From Porphyromonadaceae bacterium (lineage in GTDB: Bacteria; Bacteroidota; Bacteroidia; Bacteroidales; Dysgonomonadaceae): a DNA stretch of 64,000 nucleotides. The notes under the pieces were generated by a model that saw nothing but the letters and a program-made list of their open reading frames with translations, had not been told where the DNA came from and made no database searches. Made by a program: the position numbers and the translations under genes. Below are positions 1 to 10,911 of the stretch, one piece after another; within the stretch, counting starts at the first letter, position 1; each line of letters begins with the position of its first letter. Location of the stretch: NCBI GenBank assembly GCA_022840285.1, contig JALHIE010000027.1:13080-77079 (forward strand). Reading direction: 5' to 3'.

Positions 1-2
1 GC

Positions 3-1202
3 TGTCCGCCTGAAGAACAACCGGTCCGTGAACTTTCAGGAGGTGAACGCCGCCGGGTGGCACTGTGCCGTCTGCTACTGCAGGAGCCCGACGTGTTGCT
101 TCTCGACGAACCGACCAACCACCTCGATGCCGAGTCGATCGACTGGCTGGAGCAGCATTTGCAGCAATACAAGGGAACGGTGATCTGCATCACGCACGAC
201 CGCTACTTCCTCGATCATGTGGCGGGCTGGATCCTCGAACTCGACCGCGGTGAGGGAATCCCCTGGAAAGGGAACTACACCTCGTGGCTGGAGCAGAAAA
301 CCAAACGGATGGAACAGGAAGAGAAGCAGGTGAGCAAGCGTCGCAAAACGCTGGAACGGGAGCTGGAATGGATCAACCTGGCGCCCAAGGCGCGCCAGGC
401 CAAAGGAAAAGCACGTCTGAACTCGTACGAGCAACTCCTGAACCAGGATCAGAAAGAGCGTGAGGAGAAACTGGAGATTTTTATTCCCAACGGCCCCCGG
501 TTAGGAAACAAGGTGATTGAAGCTAGAAACGTGAAGAAAGCCTTTGGTGACAAGCTGCTGTTCGACAACCTTAACTTCATGCTTCCACCCAACGGGATCG
601 TTGGCGTTATCGGCCCCAACGGTGCTGGAAAAACCACCCTTTTCCGATTGATACAGGGAATGGAGACCCCGGACAATGGCTCGTTCGAGGTGGGAGAGAC
701 CGTTGTTACGGCTTATGTGGATCAGGCTCACGAAGCCATCGATCCCGGTAAGACCGTCTATCAGGTGGTGTCCGGTGGATTGGAGTTTGTACGCGTGGGG
801 GGCAAAGAGGTGAACTCCCGGGCATACCTGTCGCGATTCAATTTCTCGGGAGCGGACCAGGAAAAACTGTGCGGTGTTCTTTCCGGCGGTGAACGAAACC
901 GTCTACACCTGGCATTGACACTCAAAGCCGGGGCAAACGTACTGTTGCTCGACGAGCCGACCAACGATATCGACGTGAATACCCTCCGTGCACTGGAAGA
1001 AGGGCTGGAAAACTTTGCCGGATGTGCCGTGGTAATCTCGCACGACCGGTGGTTCCTGGATCGTATCTGTACCCATATCCTTGCGTTTGAAGGAAATTCA
1101 GAAGTATTTTATTTCGAGGGTTCCTATAGCGAGTATGAGGAGAACAAGAAAATGCGCCTAGGCAACGTAGAGCCGAAAAGGGTACGCTACCGGAAGCTGT
1201 AA
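3..1202 (+). CDS. ettA: Energy-dependent translational throttle protein EttA (ABC-F ATPase), 5' end outside the window
   Basis: Frame is open from base 3 ([26 protein letters not shown]); two ABC cassettes with LSGGE signatures, LLLDEPTN Walker B, GPNGAGKT Walker A; PtIM linker [10 protein letters not shown]. Confidence 0.95.
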   Translation, partial: CPPEEQPVRELSGGERRRVALCRLLLQEPDVLLLDEPTNHLDAESIDWLEQHLQQYKGTVICITHDRYFLDHVAGWILELDRGEGIPWKGNYTSWLEQKTKRMEQEEKQVSKRRKTLERELEWINLAPKARQAKGKARLNSYEQLLNQDQKEREEKLEIFIPNGPRLGNKVIEARNVKKAFGDKLLFDNLNFMLPPNGIVGVIGPNGAGKTTLFRLIQGMETPDNGSFEVGETVVTAYVDQAHEAIDPGKTVYQVVSGGLEFVRVGGKEVNSRAYLSRFNFSGADQEKLCGVLSGGERNRLHLALTLKAGANVLLLDEPTNDIDVNTLRALEEGLENFAGCAVVISHDRWFLDRICTHILAFEGNSEVFYFEGSYSEYEENKKMRLGNVEPKRVRYRKL

Positions 1203-1216
1203 ACAGAAAATTAAGA

Positions 1217-2874
1217 ATGAGGAAGTTTCTGATTCTGTTTTTCTTGCCGGTATTAAGCCTGCCAGTACTTGCTCAATACAAAGAGGTCAGTGGGGTGCAT
1301 TTTTGTGGGCATTAATAGCACGATTTACAGTACTTGCTCAATACAAAGAGGTCAGTGGGGTAGTTATCGATGCGCAGTACAACACGCCGGTCCCCTACGC
1401 CGCGATCTTTGTGGAGCATACCAAGATCGGAGTAGTGGCCAGTAATGTGGGTGAATTCTCACTTCAGGTACCCGATTCATTGAAGAATAACCGCCTGGTG
1501 AGTGTGGGAGAAGGGTATCGACTGACCTACCTCTCGCCGGAGGACTATGGGCATGCTCCGCTTCGCATCGCGCTGGTGCCCCAGGACCGTGAGACGGCAC
1601 TGTTATCGCCGCCGGGCGACGCTGCCGTGAAACCCGGGAAGGCCGTATCGTTGCTGAGCAAGGCGGCCCGGTTTGTGATGGACGACTGGATCCCGCTGGG
1701 AAACCCGGAGACCAACACGTTCGATTTTGGCCGGATCCAGACTCTTCCCACTTACAATCCCGTCGAAGGCGTCCGCCTGCGGGCGGGAGCAGCATCCAAT
1801 TCGCGCCTGAGTCCCCATTTTTTTATGAAGGGATACTTGGCTTATGGTTTTAAAGACCAGCAGTTCAAGTACCGCGGAGAAGCCGTCTGGTCGTTCGATA
1901 AAAAAGCCTATCATGAGGACGAATTCCCCAAAAACAATATGCGCCTGGTGTATGAAAACGATCTGTTCTCCCCCGGCGAGATGCACCCGCGTTCTCTAAA
2001 CGACCTGTTGCTGATTACCTACCGGAGGTCGGTTAATGAAGCGACGTACCGTAACTTTGCCGAGATAAACTACGAGAGGGAGTACAAAAACGGTCTTGCG
2101 CACACCTTCTGGTGGCGAAAATCGAGGTTGATCCCGCAGGGAGAACTGGAGTTCCGGAGGAGTTCCGACGCCGGGCTTACCGCATACGATGGGCTGGACA
2201 CTTCCGAGGGTGGGGTGCTGCTGCGGTACTCTTTCGAAGAGGCCTATTTACAGCAAAAACGCAAACGAAAACCTGTCGATGTGACAAGTCCCGTCTTTTT
2301 TCTTTCTCACTCCATCGGTTTCACGCATCTTCCCGAAAGCGACGCGACATACCACAAAACGGAATTCTCCGCACAAAAACGTTTCTATCTGGGTTACGTT
2401 GGCCGGCTGGATGCCGTGGGAGAGTTTTCGAAAGTGTGGAATGCGGTGCCCTTTCCCCTGTTGGTCTATCCCAACCAACGCTACAAGCATCATATCGAGA
2501 GCAATGCGTTCTTTCTGAACCGGGCCCTCGAATTTGTTGCCGATGAGCAGTTCACGATTCGTACAACCTTTGTGGGCGATGATTTCCTGCTGGCAAAAAT
2601 CCCGTTGCTGGAAGCTTTGGGAACGAAAGAGTTGATCTCTCTGCGCGCTTCTTACGGCAGACTGAGCGACAAAAACGATCCGTTGCACTCCTCTTCCCGC
2701 ATCTACGACTTTCCGCCGGTATCCTACCGGTACGGCTCCCTGCCTTATGTGGAGGGAACCATCGGGATCACGAATATACTGGGCCTTTTGCGTGTGGAAT
2801 ATGTTCATCGTTTCACGTATCGCGATCATCCCGGCGCTTTGCTGGGCAGGGTGCGGGTAGACGTGACGCTGTGA
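1217..2874 (+). pseudogene. DUF5686 / carboxypeptidase-regulatory-like domain outer-membrane protein; signal peptide uncoupled from the body by a 65-bp duplication/insertion
   Basis: ATG 1217 gives signal peptide MRKFLILFFLPVLSLPVLA-QYKEVSGV and then stops; the body (YNPVEGVRLRAG, YLAYGFKDQQFKY, C-terminal beta-barrel strands) continues in another frame after the second copy of a 34-bp repeat. Confidence 0.7.
1263..1361 (+). repeat. Exact 34-bp direct repeat (1263-1296 and 1328-1361) around a 31-bp unrelated spacer
   Basis: CAGTACTTGCTCAATACAAAGAGGTCAGTGGGGT is read twice. Confidence 0.95.
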
Positions 2875-2919
2875 GAACATTGTCCCCGTCTATTTTTCTT
2901 ATCAAACGTTTTTTTGTGT

Positions 2920-2927
2920 TATCTTTG
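2920..2927 (+). promoter_or_regulatory. Bacteroidetes sigma-A -7 element upstream of tsaD
   Basis: TATCTTTG matches TAnnTTTG, 35 bp before the tsaD start. Confidence 0.6.
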
Positions 2928-2962
2928 TCGTTCCAATATTATACAACATCAGCTGAATTAAA

Positions 2963-3979
2963 TTGATTACGATTTTAGGTATAGAATCTTCCTGTGACGA
3001 TACCTCGGCAGCGGTCATCCGCGACGGTGTCATTTTGTCGAACGTGATTGCCTCCCAGGCAGTCCATGAGCGCTACGGCGGCGTAGTGCCCGAACTGGCG
3101 TCGCGCGCGCACCAGCAGAACATCATTCCTGTGGTGCACGATGCCCTGAAACAGGCCGGCATTGCGAAACAAGAAGTTTCGGCAGTGGCTTTCACGCGCG
3201 GACCGGGATTGCTGGGCTCGTTGTTGGTGGGAACCTCCTTTACGAAAGGATTTTCATCGGCGCTCAATATCCCGATGATTGAGGTGAATCACCTGCAGGC
3301 ACACGTACTGGCCCACTTCATCAAGGAGGAAGAGCACGACACGAACCAGCCGAAGTTTCCGTTTCTGTGCTTACTGGTATCGGGCGGTAACTCGCAGGTT
3401 ATTCTCGTGAAGTCGCACCGGGAGATGGAGATTATCGGTCAGACCATCGACGATGCCGCCGGTGAAGCCTTTGACAAATGCGCCAAGGTGATGGGCCTGG
3501 GTTATCCCGGAGGACCGATCGTGGATAGATTAGCCAAACAGGGCGCTCCCGGCCGGTTCACTTTCAGTAAACCCCATATCGCGGGATACGATTATAGCTT
3601 CAGCGGGTTGAAAACATCGTTTTTGTATTTCCTGCGTGATGAACTGAAAAACGATCCCGGCTTCGTCGAAAAAAATAAGGAAGACCTCTGCGCGTCCCTG
3701 CAGAAAACGATCGTCGATATTCTGATGGATAAGCTGTATCGTGCAGCAAAAGAGTTAAAAATAAAGGAAGTGGCCGTGGCGGGTGGTGTGTCTGCCAATT
3801 CAGGCTTGCGCGCTGCTTTTGAAGATTATAGTCGCCGTTATGGATGGAAAATACATATCCCGAAATTTGCCTACACTACCGATAATGCGGCTATGGTAGC
3901 TATCTCAGGGTACTACAAGTATCTCGACGGTGAGTTTTGCGGAAAAGACGCGGCACCGTACGCCAGGGTATCCATATAA
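2963..3979 (+). CDS. tsaD: tRNA N6-threonylcarbamoyltransferase subunit TsaD
   Basis: ILGIESSCDDT, HxxxH metal motif NHLQAH, LLVSGG, DDAAGEAFDK, GGVSAN, TDNAAM. Confidence 0.97.
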   Translation: MITILGIESSCDDTSAAVIRDGVILSNVIASQAVHERYGGVVPELASRAHQQNIIPVVHDALKQAGIAKQEVSAVAFTRGPGLLGSLLVGTSFTKGFSSALNIPMIEVNHLQAHVLAHFIKEEEHDTNQPKFPFLCLLVSGGNSQVILVKSHREMEIIGQTIDDAAGEAFDKCAKVMGLGYPGGPIVDRLAKQGAPGRFTFSKPHIAGYDYSFSGLKTSFLYFLRDELKNDPGFVEKNKEDLCASLQKTIVDILMDKLYRAAKELKIKEVAVAGGVSANSGLRAAFEDYSRRYGWKIHIPKFAYTTDNAAMVAISGYYKYLDGEFCGKDAAPYARVSI

Positions 3980-4011
3980 CAGTAAAATTAAAAATTAACC
4001 GACCATATATT

Positions 4012-5643
4012 ATGTCACAAAAAGAGATTCCTGCTGTGGAAGAAAACAAGAAAAGTCTCAACTTCATCGAACAGATTGTTGAAAACGATTTAAAAGAAGG
4101 TAAAAACGACGGTCGTGTGCAAACCCGCTTTCCGCCGGAACCAAACGGGTACCTGCATATCGGACACGCCAAAGCCGTGTGTATCGACTTCGGTATTGCC
4201 GAAAGATACGGTGGCATTTGCAACCTCCGGTTCGATGATACCAATCCGGTCAAGGAAGACGTTGAATACGTGGACTCCATCATGGAAGATATCCAGTGGC
4301 TCGGTTTTCAGTGGAAGAACGTGTTTTACGCCTCCGATTACTTCCAGCAGTTGTGGGATTTTGCCGTCCAGCTTATTCGGGAAGGAAAAGCCTATATCGA
4401 TGAGCAATCGGCCGAAGAGATTGCGCGGCAAAAAGGGACGCCAACCGTTCCCGGGACGCCCAGCCCTTACCGCGAACGCCCTGTCCAGGAATCGCTCGAC
4501 CTGTTTCACAAGATGAACAGCGGTGAGGTTCCCGAAGGAAAAATGGTGCTACGCGCCAAGATAGACATGGCGTCGTCAAACATGCACTTCCGCGACCCCA
4601 TCCTATACCGGGTCCTCCATATCCCGCACCACCGTACGGGGACTGCCTGGAAAGCCTATCCCATGTACGATTTCGCACACGGGCAATCCGACTATTTCGA
4701 AGGGGTGACCCATTCCATCTGTACCCTGGAATTTGTGGTACACCGCCCGCTTTACGATTGGTTTATCGATCAGCTGGCCACCGGTGATTACCGTCCGCAC
4801 CAGTACGAGTTCAACCGCCTGAACATGACCTACACCCTGATGAGCAAGCGCAAGCTGCTTCAGCTCGTACAGGAGAAGCTGGTTTCGGGATGGGACGACC
4901 CGCGCATGCCCACGCTTTGCGGACTGCGCCGCCGCGGCTACACACCACAATCAATACGCAACTTTGTCGATAGTATCGGCTATACCAAATACGACGGGAT
5001 GATCGACGTGTCCCTGCTCGAGTTTGCCGTGCGCGAGGACCTGAACAAAAAAGCCGTCCGCGTGTCGGGCGTTATCGACCCCGTAAAGCTTATCCTCACG
5101 AATTATCCCGAAGGACAAACGGAAGAGATGGAGGCGGTCAACAACCCCGAGGACGAATCGATGGGAAGCCGCCGGGTTAAATTCTCGCGCGAACTCTGGA
5201 TCGAACGCGACGATTTTATGGAAGACGCATGTACCGGATGCAAAAAAGATGAAGACGGAAACATCACGGAAGTATACGCCGAGTACGATCCGCAGACCCG
5301 GAGCGGGATGCTTGAGGCCAACCGCAAAGTGAAAGGAACCATCCACTGGGTGTCGGCGCCCCATGCCATCGACGCTGAAGTACGGCTTTACGACCGGCTG
5401 TTTATCGTGGAAGACCCGGCTGGTGAGAAAGAAAAGGACTTCCGCGAACTACTGAATCCCGATTCGCTTATCGTGAAGAAAAATTGCAAGGTGGAAGAAT
5501 ACCTGGCCGGCGCCGTACCGCTGGACAGCTTTCAATTCCAGCGCATCGGGTACTTTAACGTGGATGCCGATTCCACAGGCGAAAAGCTTGTCTTCAACCG
5601 GACGGTAGCCCTGAAAGATTCGTGGAAGAAACAGAATAGTTAA
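4012..5643 (+). CDS. glnS: Glutamine--tRNA ligase, with an apparent in-frame deletion near 5229
   Basis: RFPPEPNGYLHIGH, MSKRK, FQFQRIGYF; ATG 4012 preferred as start; sequence reads ERDDFMEDA|CTGCKKDE where GlnRS normally has the FFRLxPGxEVRL segment. Confidence 0.95.
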   Translation: MSQKEIPAVEENKKSLNFIEQIVENDLKEGKNDGRVQTRFPPEPNGYLHIGHAKAVCIDFGIAERYGGICNLRFDDTNPVKEDVEYVDSIMEDIQWLGFQWKNVFYASDYFQQLWDFAVQLIREGKAYIDEQSAEEIARQKGTPTVPGTPSPYRERPVQESLDLFHKMNSGEVPEGKMVLRAKIDMASSNMHFRDPILYRVLHIPHHRTGTAWKAYPMYDFAHGQSDYFEGVTHSICTLEFVVHRPLYDWFIDQLATGDYRPHQYEFNRLNMTYTLMSKRKLLQLVQEKLVSGWDDPRMPTLCGLRRRGYTPQSIRNFVDSIGYTKYDGMIDVSLLEFAVREDLNKKAVRVSGVIDPVKLILTNYPEGQTEEMEAVNNPEDESMGSRRVKFSRELWIERDDFMEDACTGCKKDEDGNITEVYAEYDPQTRSGMLEANRKVKGTIHWVSAPHAIDAEVRLYDRLFIVEDPAGEKEKDFRELLNPDSLIVKKNCKVEEYLAGAVPLDSFQFQRIGYFNVDADSTGEKLVFNRTVALKDSWKKQNS

Positions 5644-5644
5644 A

Positions 5645-7075
5645 ATGGACGAAGAACTGGACGACATATCCTCCCTGGTGGAAAAATACGAGCAAATGCG
5701 CATGTTCGGCAGGAAGATTTATTTCGATGCCGATGAGTTTGCCATGCTTGCCGATCATTACAACGGCCTGGGAGACAATGAACAGGCCGAAGAGATCATT
5801 GAGGAAGGACTCAAGATGCATCCAGCCAGTCCGGAGTTGATGATTTTAAAGGCCAAGACATTGGTCTACTCCGAGTTGTATGACGAGGCGTTGTCGTACC
5901 TGAACAATATCCCCGGAGAGGGCGATATCGAACTGCCCCTGCTTCGGATCGAAAGCCTGCTGCACCTGGAAAAAACGGAGGAAGCCAATGAGGTGATCAA
6001 CGAGACGATGAACAGGGAGCTGTCGATCGATGATCTGTACGTTTTTATTACCGAGGTCGGCTACGTGATGAACGATGTCGAGTATTTCGACCGGGCCATT
6101 TCCTACCTCGAAGAGAGCTTGAAAATCGATGAATCCAATCCCGATGTGCTTATCGATCTGGCATATGCCAACGAGATGAAAGGCGATTTCGCGCGTGCCA
6201 TAGAATACAACAACCGGTTGCTCGACCTGGATCCTTATTCGTTTGAGGGGTGGGTAAACATCGGCAAACTCTACTCGATGAATGAACAGTACGAAAAAGC
6301 CATTGATTCCTTTGATTTTGCGCTGACCATAAACGAAAACGATGTCTCGGCCCTGAAGATGAAAGCGCTGTCGCTCTACCTGAACGACAATGCTTCCGAG
6401 GCTATCCGCATCTTCGAAGAATGCATCCGCATATCGCCCGATGACGAGTCGCTTTATGACTCGTTGCTCGAAGGGTATGAGGCGATGGAGCAGTACGGCC
6501 AGATGTCGCGCGTTATCGATATCAAGGAAAAGCGTTTCGGACCGAAAGGGATCGCTACGCGCCGGGCATTCGTCGAGCTGTTGAAAGACAACATGGCTTT
6601 GGCCCGGGAATTATACAACAACATTCCCGCCGATGAAAAGGAATCGCTCGACTACTACATGCTCGAAGGAGAGCTGATGTTTATCGACGGCGATTTGAGG
6701 GCAGCGGAAGCGGCATACATAAAGGCCGCACTGCTGTCGGAAGATAACGAGGAGATCATTGACCGCCTGGCCAACGTGAGTGTTGCCCAGGAGAAGTACG
6801 AGCAGGCCGCGGAGTATCTGGAACAGTTGCTAAAGATCGATCCCGATTATCCAACGGCAAAGTCGCGCCTGGCCTTTATCCGTTTCGAGATCGGAAACAA
6901 AGAACCTTTCGACGAAATCATGAAGCAATTCTCGGACGATGAACTCCGTGCCTTGCTGAACATCATCTCCGGCTACGAAAGTGCCGATATCTCTAAGTAT
7001 AACCGTCAAAAGATGTTGATTCGCCTCAACGAAGCGCGTGAAAACAGGGTGTTGTTTAAGAACATAAAATATTGA
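5645..7075 (+). CDS. Tetratricopeptide repeat protein
   Basis: Repeated TPR-like helices (YEKAIDSFDFAL, YEQAAEYLEQLL); N-terminal YFDADEF motif typical of Bacteroidales TPR proteins. Confidence 0.85.
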   Translation: MDEELDDISSLVEKYEQMRMFGRKIYFDADEFAMLADHYNGLGDNEQAEEIIEEGLKMHPASPELMILKAKTLVYSELYDEALSYLNNIPGEGDIELPLLRIESLLHLEKTEEANEVINETMNRELSIDDLYVFITEVGYVMNDVEYFDRAISYLEESLKIDESNPDVLIDLAYANEMKGDFARAIEYNNRLLDLDPYSFEGWVNIGKLYSMNEQYEKAIDSFDFALTINENDVSALKMKALSLYLNDNASEAIRIFEECIRISPDDESLYDSLLEGYEAMEQYGQMSRVIDIKEKRFGPKGIATRRAFVELLKDNMALARELYNNIPADEKESLDYYMLEGELMFIDGDLRAAEAAYIKAALLSEDNEEIIDRLANVSVAQEKYEQAAEYLEQLLKIDPDYPTAKSRLAFIRFEIGNKEPFDEIMKQFSDDELRALLNIISGYESADISKYNRQKMLIRLNEARENRVLFKNIKY

Positions 7076-7079
7076 TCAA

Positions 7080-8204
7080 ATGAATACACATTCCATCCCC
7101 TCCAATCGCCTCGCGTCCCTGGATATCCTGCGCGGCTTTGACCTTTTTATGCTGGTTTTCTTTCAACCTGTTTTCGTAGCCTTTGTCCGGCACTGGAAAG
7201 ACGTGCCGGTTTTTTCCTCCCTGTTGCACCAGTTTGAACATGTTCAATGGGAGGGATTTAGTGCCTGGGATCTGGTGATGCCGCTTTTCCTTTTTATGGT
7301 GGGTGCCGCCATGCCTTTCTCGTTTGAGAAATACCGCGCGAATCCGGACAAACGGGCCATCTACAGAAAAATCACCAGACGATTTGTCATCCTCTTCATA
7401 CTCGGAGCTGTAGTGCAGGGCGACCTGTTGAGCCTCGATCCGATGCAGATCCGCATTTATACCAATACGTTGCAGGCCATTGCCGTAGGTTACGTTATTT
7501 CGGCCATGCTCCTGCTCCATATGTCCCGGAAAGGCCAGGTTATTGCCACTTTACTGTTGCTGGCGGGTTACTGGGCATTGCTGACATTCCTGGGGGATTT
7601 CACTCCCGATGGTAATTTTGCGGAAGCAGTCGACAGGGCGGTGCTGGGAAGAGTTCGCGACGGCGTGACCTATGCGGAGGACGGTTCGTGGAGTTTTTCG
7701 GATAATTACCGCTATACCTGGGTGCTGACCAGCATGGTGTTCGGGGTGACCACCATGATGGGCGCTTTTGCCGGACAGATCATGAAAAACGGCAAGGATA
7801 AACGGAAGAACAGCCGGTTGTTGTTCATTATTGGTGTGTCGCTGCTTCTTTCAGCCTGGTTGTTGAGCTTCCAAACCCCCATCATCAAGAAGATCTGGTC
7901 GGCCAGCATGACACTCTGGTCCGGCGGGTTGTGCTTCCTGTTGATGGCACTGTTCTATTACGTTGTCGATTACAAAGGCTGGTCAAAAGGATTGAACTGG
8001 CTTAAAATTTATGGAATGAATTCGATCGTTGCGTACACCGTTGGAATGGTTGTCAACTTCAGAAGTGCAGCGCACTCCTTGCTTTGGGGATTAGAGAAAT
8101 ATACGGGTGACTATTATTCCGCCATACTCACCTTTGCCAATTTTCTGATCCTCTTTTTTATTTTGCGGTTGATGTACCGGTGGCGGATCTTTGTGAAGAT
8201 TTAA
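7080..8204 (+). CDS. DUF5009 / heparan-alpha-glucosaminide N-acetyltransferase family membrane protein
   Basis: RLASLDILRGF, HVQWEGFSAWDLVMPLFLFMVG, PIIKKIWSAS, YGMNSI; many TM segments. Confidence 0.85.
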   Translation: MNTHSIPSNRLASLDILRGFDLFMLVFFQPVFVAFVRHWKDVPVFSSLLHQFEHVQWEGFSAWDLVMPLFLFMVGAAMPFSFEKYRANPDKRAIYRKITRRFVILFILGAVVQGDLLSLDPMQIRIYTNTLQAIAVGYVISAMLLLHMSRKGQVIATLLLLAGYWALLTFLGDFTPDGNFAEAVDRAVLGRVRDGVTYAEDGSWSFSDNYRYTWVLTSMVFGVTTMMGAFAGQIMKNGKDKRKNSRLLFIIGVSLLLSAWLLSFQTPIIKKIWSASMTLWSGGLCFLLMALFYYVVDYKGWSKGLNWLKIYGMNSIVAYTVGMVVNFRSAAHSLLWGLEKYTGDYYSAILTFANFLILFFILRLMYRWRIFVKI

Positions 8205-8422
8205 GCGTAGCGCAGAACTTAAACGGACACGGTAAAGGATTCTTTGCCATAAGGTGCTTTTTGGTTATTTATTTTATTGAAAATTTTAGTTGTTCAGTTT
8301 TTTTCTCTATTTTTACGGCAATTATTCTTTATCTGTCTTTCCCAAGAGAAAAAGAGTAACTTGATTAATCATAAAAGTTATAAAACAATATTTTTGAATT
8401 ATTTAATCTAAAACAAATTGTT

Positions 8423-9850
8423 ATGTCATCAAAAATGTCAAGAAGGAAGTTTATCCAGGCAGGCGCAACAGCTGCGGTTGGATTAACTGTCGTACCTTCA
8501 TCGGTACTCGGTAAAAGCATTGGAGTCGGAGGGATGGGTTTTGCTAACCTGAAAAACCTGGAAAGCCAGAACATAGTGGGTCTGTGCGATGTGGATTGGA
8601 AGTACAGCAAACGCGTTTTCGATTATTTCCCGAAAGCGAAAAAATATTACGACTACCGTAAGATGTATGACGAACTGGGAAAATCGATCGACGGCGTTGT
8701 TGTAGCTACTGCTGACCATACTCACGCGATTGTTGCAGCCGATGCAATGACCATGGGAAAACACGTTTACGTACAGAAACCGTTGACACACAGTGTTTAT
8801 GAATCAAGACTTTTGACCAATCTGGCTAAGAAATACAAGGTGGCCACACAGATGGGTAACCAGGGATCTTCCGGTCCCGGCGTACGCCAGGTGATCGATT
8901 GGATCAGCGACGGACAAATTGGTGAAGTTACACGCGTGGATACTTTCACCGACAGACCCATCTGGCCGCAAGGTCTGATGATACCGAAGCAAGTAGACAA
9001 AGTTCCATCTACCCTGAACTGGGATTTGTTTATCGGCCCCGCTAACAAACGTCCGTTCAACAACATTTATCACCCCTGGAACTGGCGTGGATGGTGGGAT
9101 TTTGGAACAGGCGCATTAGGAGATATGGCCTGCCATATTCTGCATCCGGTATTTAAAGGGTTGAACCTGGGTTATCCCACAAAGGTTCAGGGTTCATCCA
9201 CCATGTTGCTGACAGACTGCGCACCCAATGCACAGATGGTGAAATATGTTTTCCCGGCTCGCGACAACATGCCGAAGGTAGCAATGCCTGAAGTGGAAGT
9301 GACCTGGTACGACGGCGGTTTGCAACCATTCCGTCCCGAAGGAGTTCCCGCTGGAAAGAACCTGAACGACTCGGGCGGCGGTGTTGTTTTCCACGGAACG
9401 AAAGACACGTTGATCTGCGGCTGCTACGGTGTAAATCCGTGGTTGGTATCGGGAAGAAAACCCAATTCGCCGAAGACCCAGCGTGAAGTAACCGTTTCTC
9501 ACGAGTTAGACTGGGTACGTGCATGTAAGGAAAGCCCTGAAAATCGCGTTGAGACAGCCTCTCCTTTCTCGGAAGCCGGACCTTTCAACGAAATGGTGGT
9601 AATGGGTGTTCTTGCCGTAAGACTGCAGAGCCTCAATCAGGAACTGCACTGGGACGGTCAAAACATGAAGTTTACCAACATTCCAGCTGACGCGAAAATC
9701 AGAACAATCATCGAGGATGGTTTCAAAATTACCGACGGTCATCCGACGTTTAACAAAACATGGACGGAACCCGTAAATGCTAACGAGTATGCTGCAGAAT
9801 TGATCAACCATTCGTATCAAAACGGTTGGAAATTGCCGGCAATGCCGTAA
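8423..9850 (+). CDS. Gfo/Idh/MocA family oxidoreductase (BT2158-like), Tat-type signal; short deletion before the GxGxxG motif
   Basis: SRRKFIQ twin-Arg, GVGGMG, ATADHTH, KHVYVQKPLTH, GTGALGDMACH. Confidence 0.9.
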   Translation: MSSKMSRRKFIQAGATAAVGLTVVPSSVLGKSIGVGGMGFANLKNLESQNIVGLCDVDWKYSKRVFDYFPKAKKYYDYRKMYDELGKSIDGVVVATADHTHAIVAADAMTMGKHVYVQKPLTHSVYESRLLTNLAKKYKVATQMGNQGSSGPGVRQVIDWISDGQIGEVTRVDTFTDRPIWPQGLMIPKQVDKVPSTLNWDLFIGPANKRPFNNIYHPWNWRGWWDFGTGALGDMACHILHPVFKGLNLGYPTKVQGSSTMLLTDCAPNAQMVKYVFPARDNMPKVAMPEVEVTWYDGGLQPFRPEGVPAGKNLNDSGGGVVFHGTKDTLICGCYGVNPWLVSGRKPNSPKTQREVTVSHELDWVRACKESPENRVETASPFSEAGPFNEMVVMGVLAVRLQSLNQELHWDGQNMKFTNIPADAKIRTIIEDGFKITDGHPTFNKTWTEPVNANEYAAELINHSYQNGWKLPAMP

Positions 9851-9862
9851 GTTTTTAGATAA

Positions 9863-9936
9863 CAGAAGTCAGATGTCAGACTCGTTATGCTGTTGGAAAA
9901 CAAATTTTTGAGTCTGATATCTGCTGTCTGATATCT
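9863..9936. repeat. Intergenic hairpin whose arms have 7-bp periodicity
   Basis: CAGATGTCAGACTC (left arm) pairs with GAGTCTGATATCTG (right arm); arms are built from (A/T)GTCAGA and TCTGATA/TCTGCTG units. Confidence 0.6.
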
Positions 9937-9971
9937 TGAAAGAAAAGTTTAAATTTAAAAAAAGAACAAGT

Positions 9972-10844
9972 ATGAAAAAAGTTTTTAATGTGCTCTTAAG
10001 CATTGTGGTTGCCACAGCTTTTGTAGCTTGTACCGGAGGTGCAAAAAAAACAGCAGAAACAGAAAGTGTTGATTCTATGAAAACAGAAACTCCGCAATAT
10101 TCAGTAGTTGACAAGCCGCAAGTTGACCTGTCGAAGTTTGAGACGGATAAAGACGGTTACATCGTGTTGTTCAACGGTAAGGACTTTACTGGTTGGCGCG
10201 GATACGGCAAAGATGCAGTCCCCGGAAAATGGACCATCGATGACGGTGCCATCAAGTTCAACGGTTCGGGTGGCGGCGAAGCCCAGGACGGTGACGGTGG
10301 CGATATTATCTTCGACCACAAGTTCAAAAACTTCGAACTGGTGCTGGAATGGAAAGTTTCCAAAGGAGGCAACTCAGGCATTTTCTATCTGGCGCAGGAA
10401 GTAACCACTACCGATAAAGACGGTAATGTAAAGACCGAACCTATCTACATCTCCTCTCCCGAGTACCAGGTGCTGGATAATGCCAACCATCCGGATGCCA
10501 AGCTGGGCAAAGACAACAACAGACAGTCTGCTTCGCTCTACGATATGATTCCTGCAGTTCCTCAAAACCAAAAACCTTTCGGAGAATGGAACGCAGCGAA
10601 GATTATGGTGTATAAGGGAACAGTTGTTCACGGACAGAACAACGAAAATGTTCTGGAGTACCACTTGTGGACTCCTCAATGGACAGAGATGCTCCAAGCC
10701 AGCAAGTTCAGCCAGGAAAAATGGCCGTTGGCATTTGAACTGCTGAATAACTGCGGAGGCCCCAATCGCGAAGGATTCATCGGTTTCCAGGACCACGGGG
10801 ATGATGTTTGGTTCCGCAACATTAAAATTAAAATATTAGAATAA
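9972..10844 (+). CDS. DUF1080 (3-keto-disaccharide hydrolase) lipoprotein, BT2157-like
   Basis: Lipobox FVAC; LFNGKDFTGW, GGNSGIFY, EYQVLD, GFIGFQDHG, WFRNIKIK. Confidence 0.92.
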   Translation: MKKVFNVLLSIVVATAFVACTGGAKKTAETESVDSMKTETPQYSVVDKPQVDLSKFETDKDGYIVLFNGKDFTGWRGYGKDAVPGKWTIDDGAIKFNGSGGGEAQDGDGGDIIFDHKFKNFELVLEWKVSKGGNSGIFYLAQEVTTTDKDGNVKTEPIYISSPEYQVLDNANHPDAKLGKDNNRQSASLYDMIPAVPQNQKPFGEWNAAKIMVYKGTVVHGQNNENVLEYHLWTPQWTEMLQASKFSQEKWPLAFELLNNCGGPNREGFIGFQDHGDDVWFRNIKIKILE

Positions 10845-10856
10845 GCATAAAATCTG

Positions 10857-10897
10857 AAAAAGAGTGTTTCTGTCGTGTTCGGAAATGCTCTTTTTTT
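10857..10897 (+). terminator. Intergenic stem-loop / intrinsic terminator-like
   Basis: AAAAAGAGTGTTTC ... GAAATGCTCTTTTT followed by a T run. Confidence 0.55.
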
Positions 10898-10911
10898 AAC
10901 AGTACAAAAGA

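Noticed and set aside
1263-1361. Repeat-spacer-repeat resembling a minimal CRISPR array
   Set aside because: The repeat is coding sequence of the host gene, has only two copies, no palindrome, and there are no cas genes.
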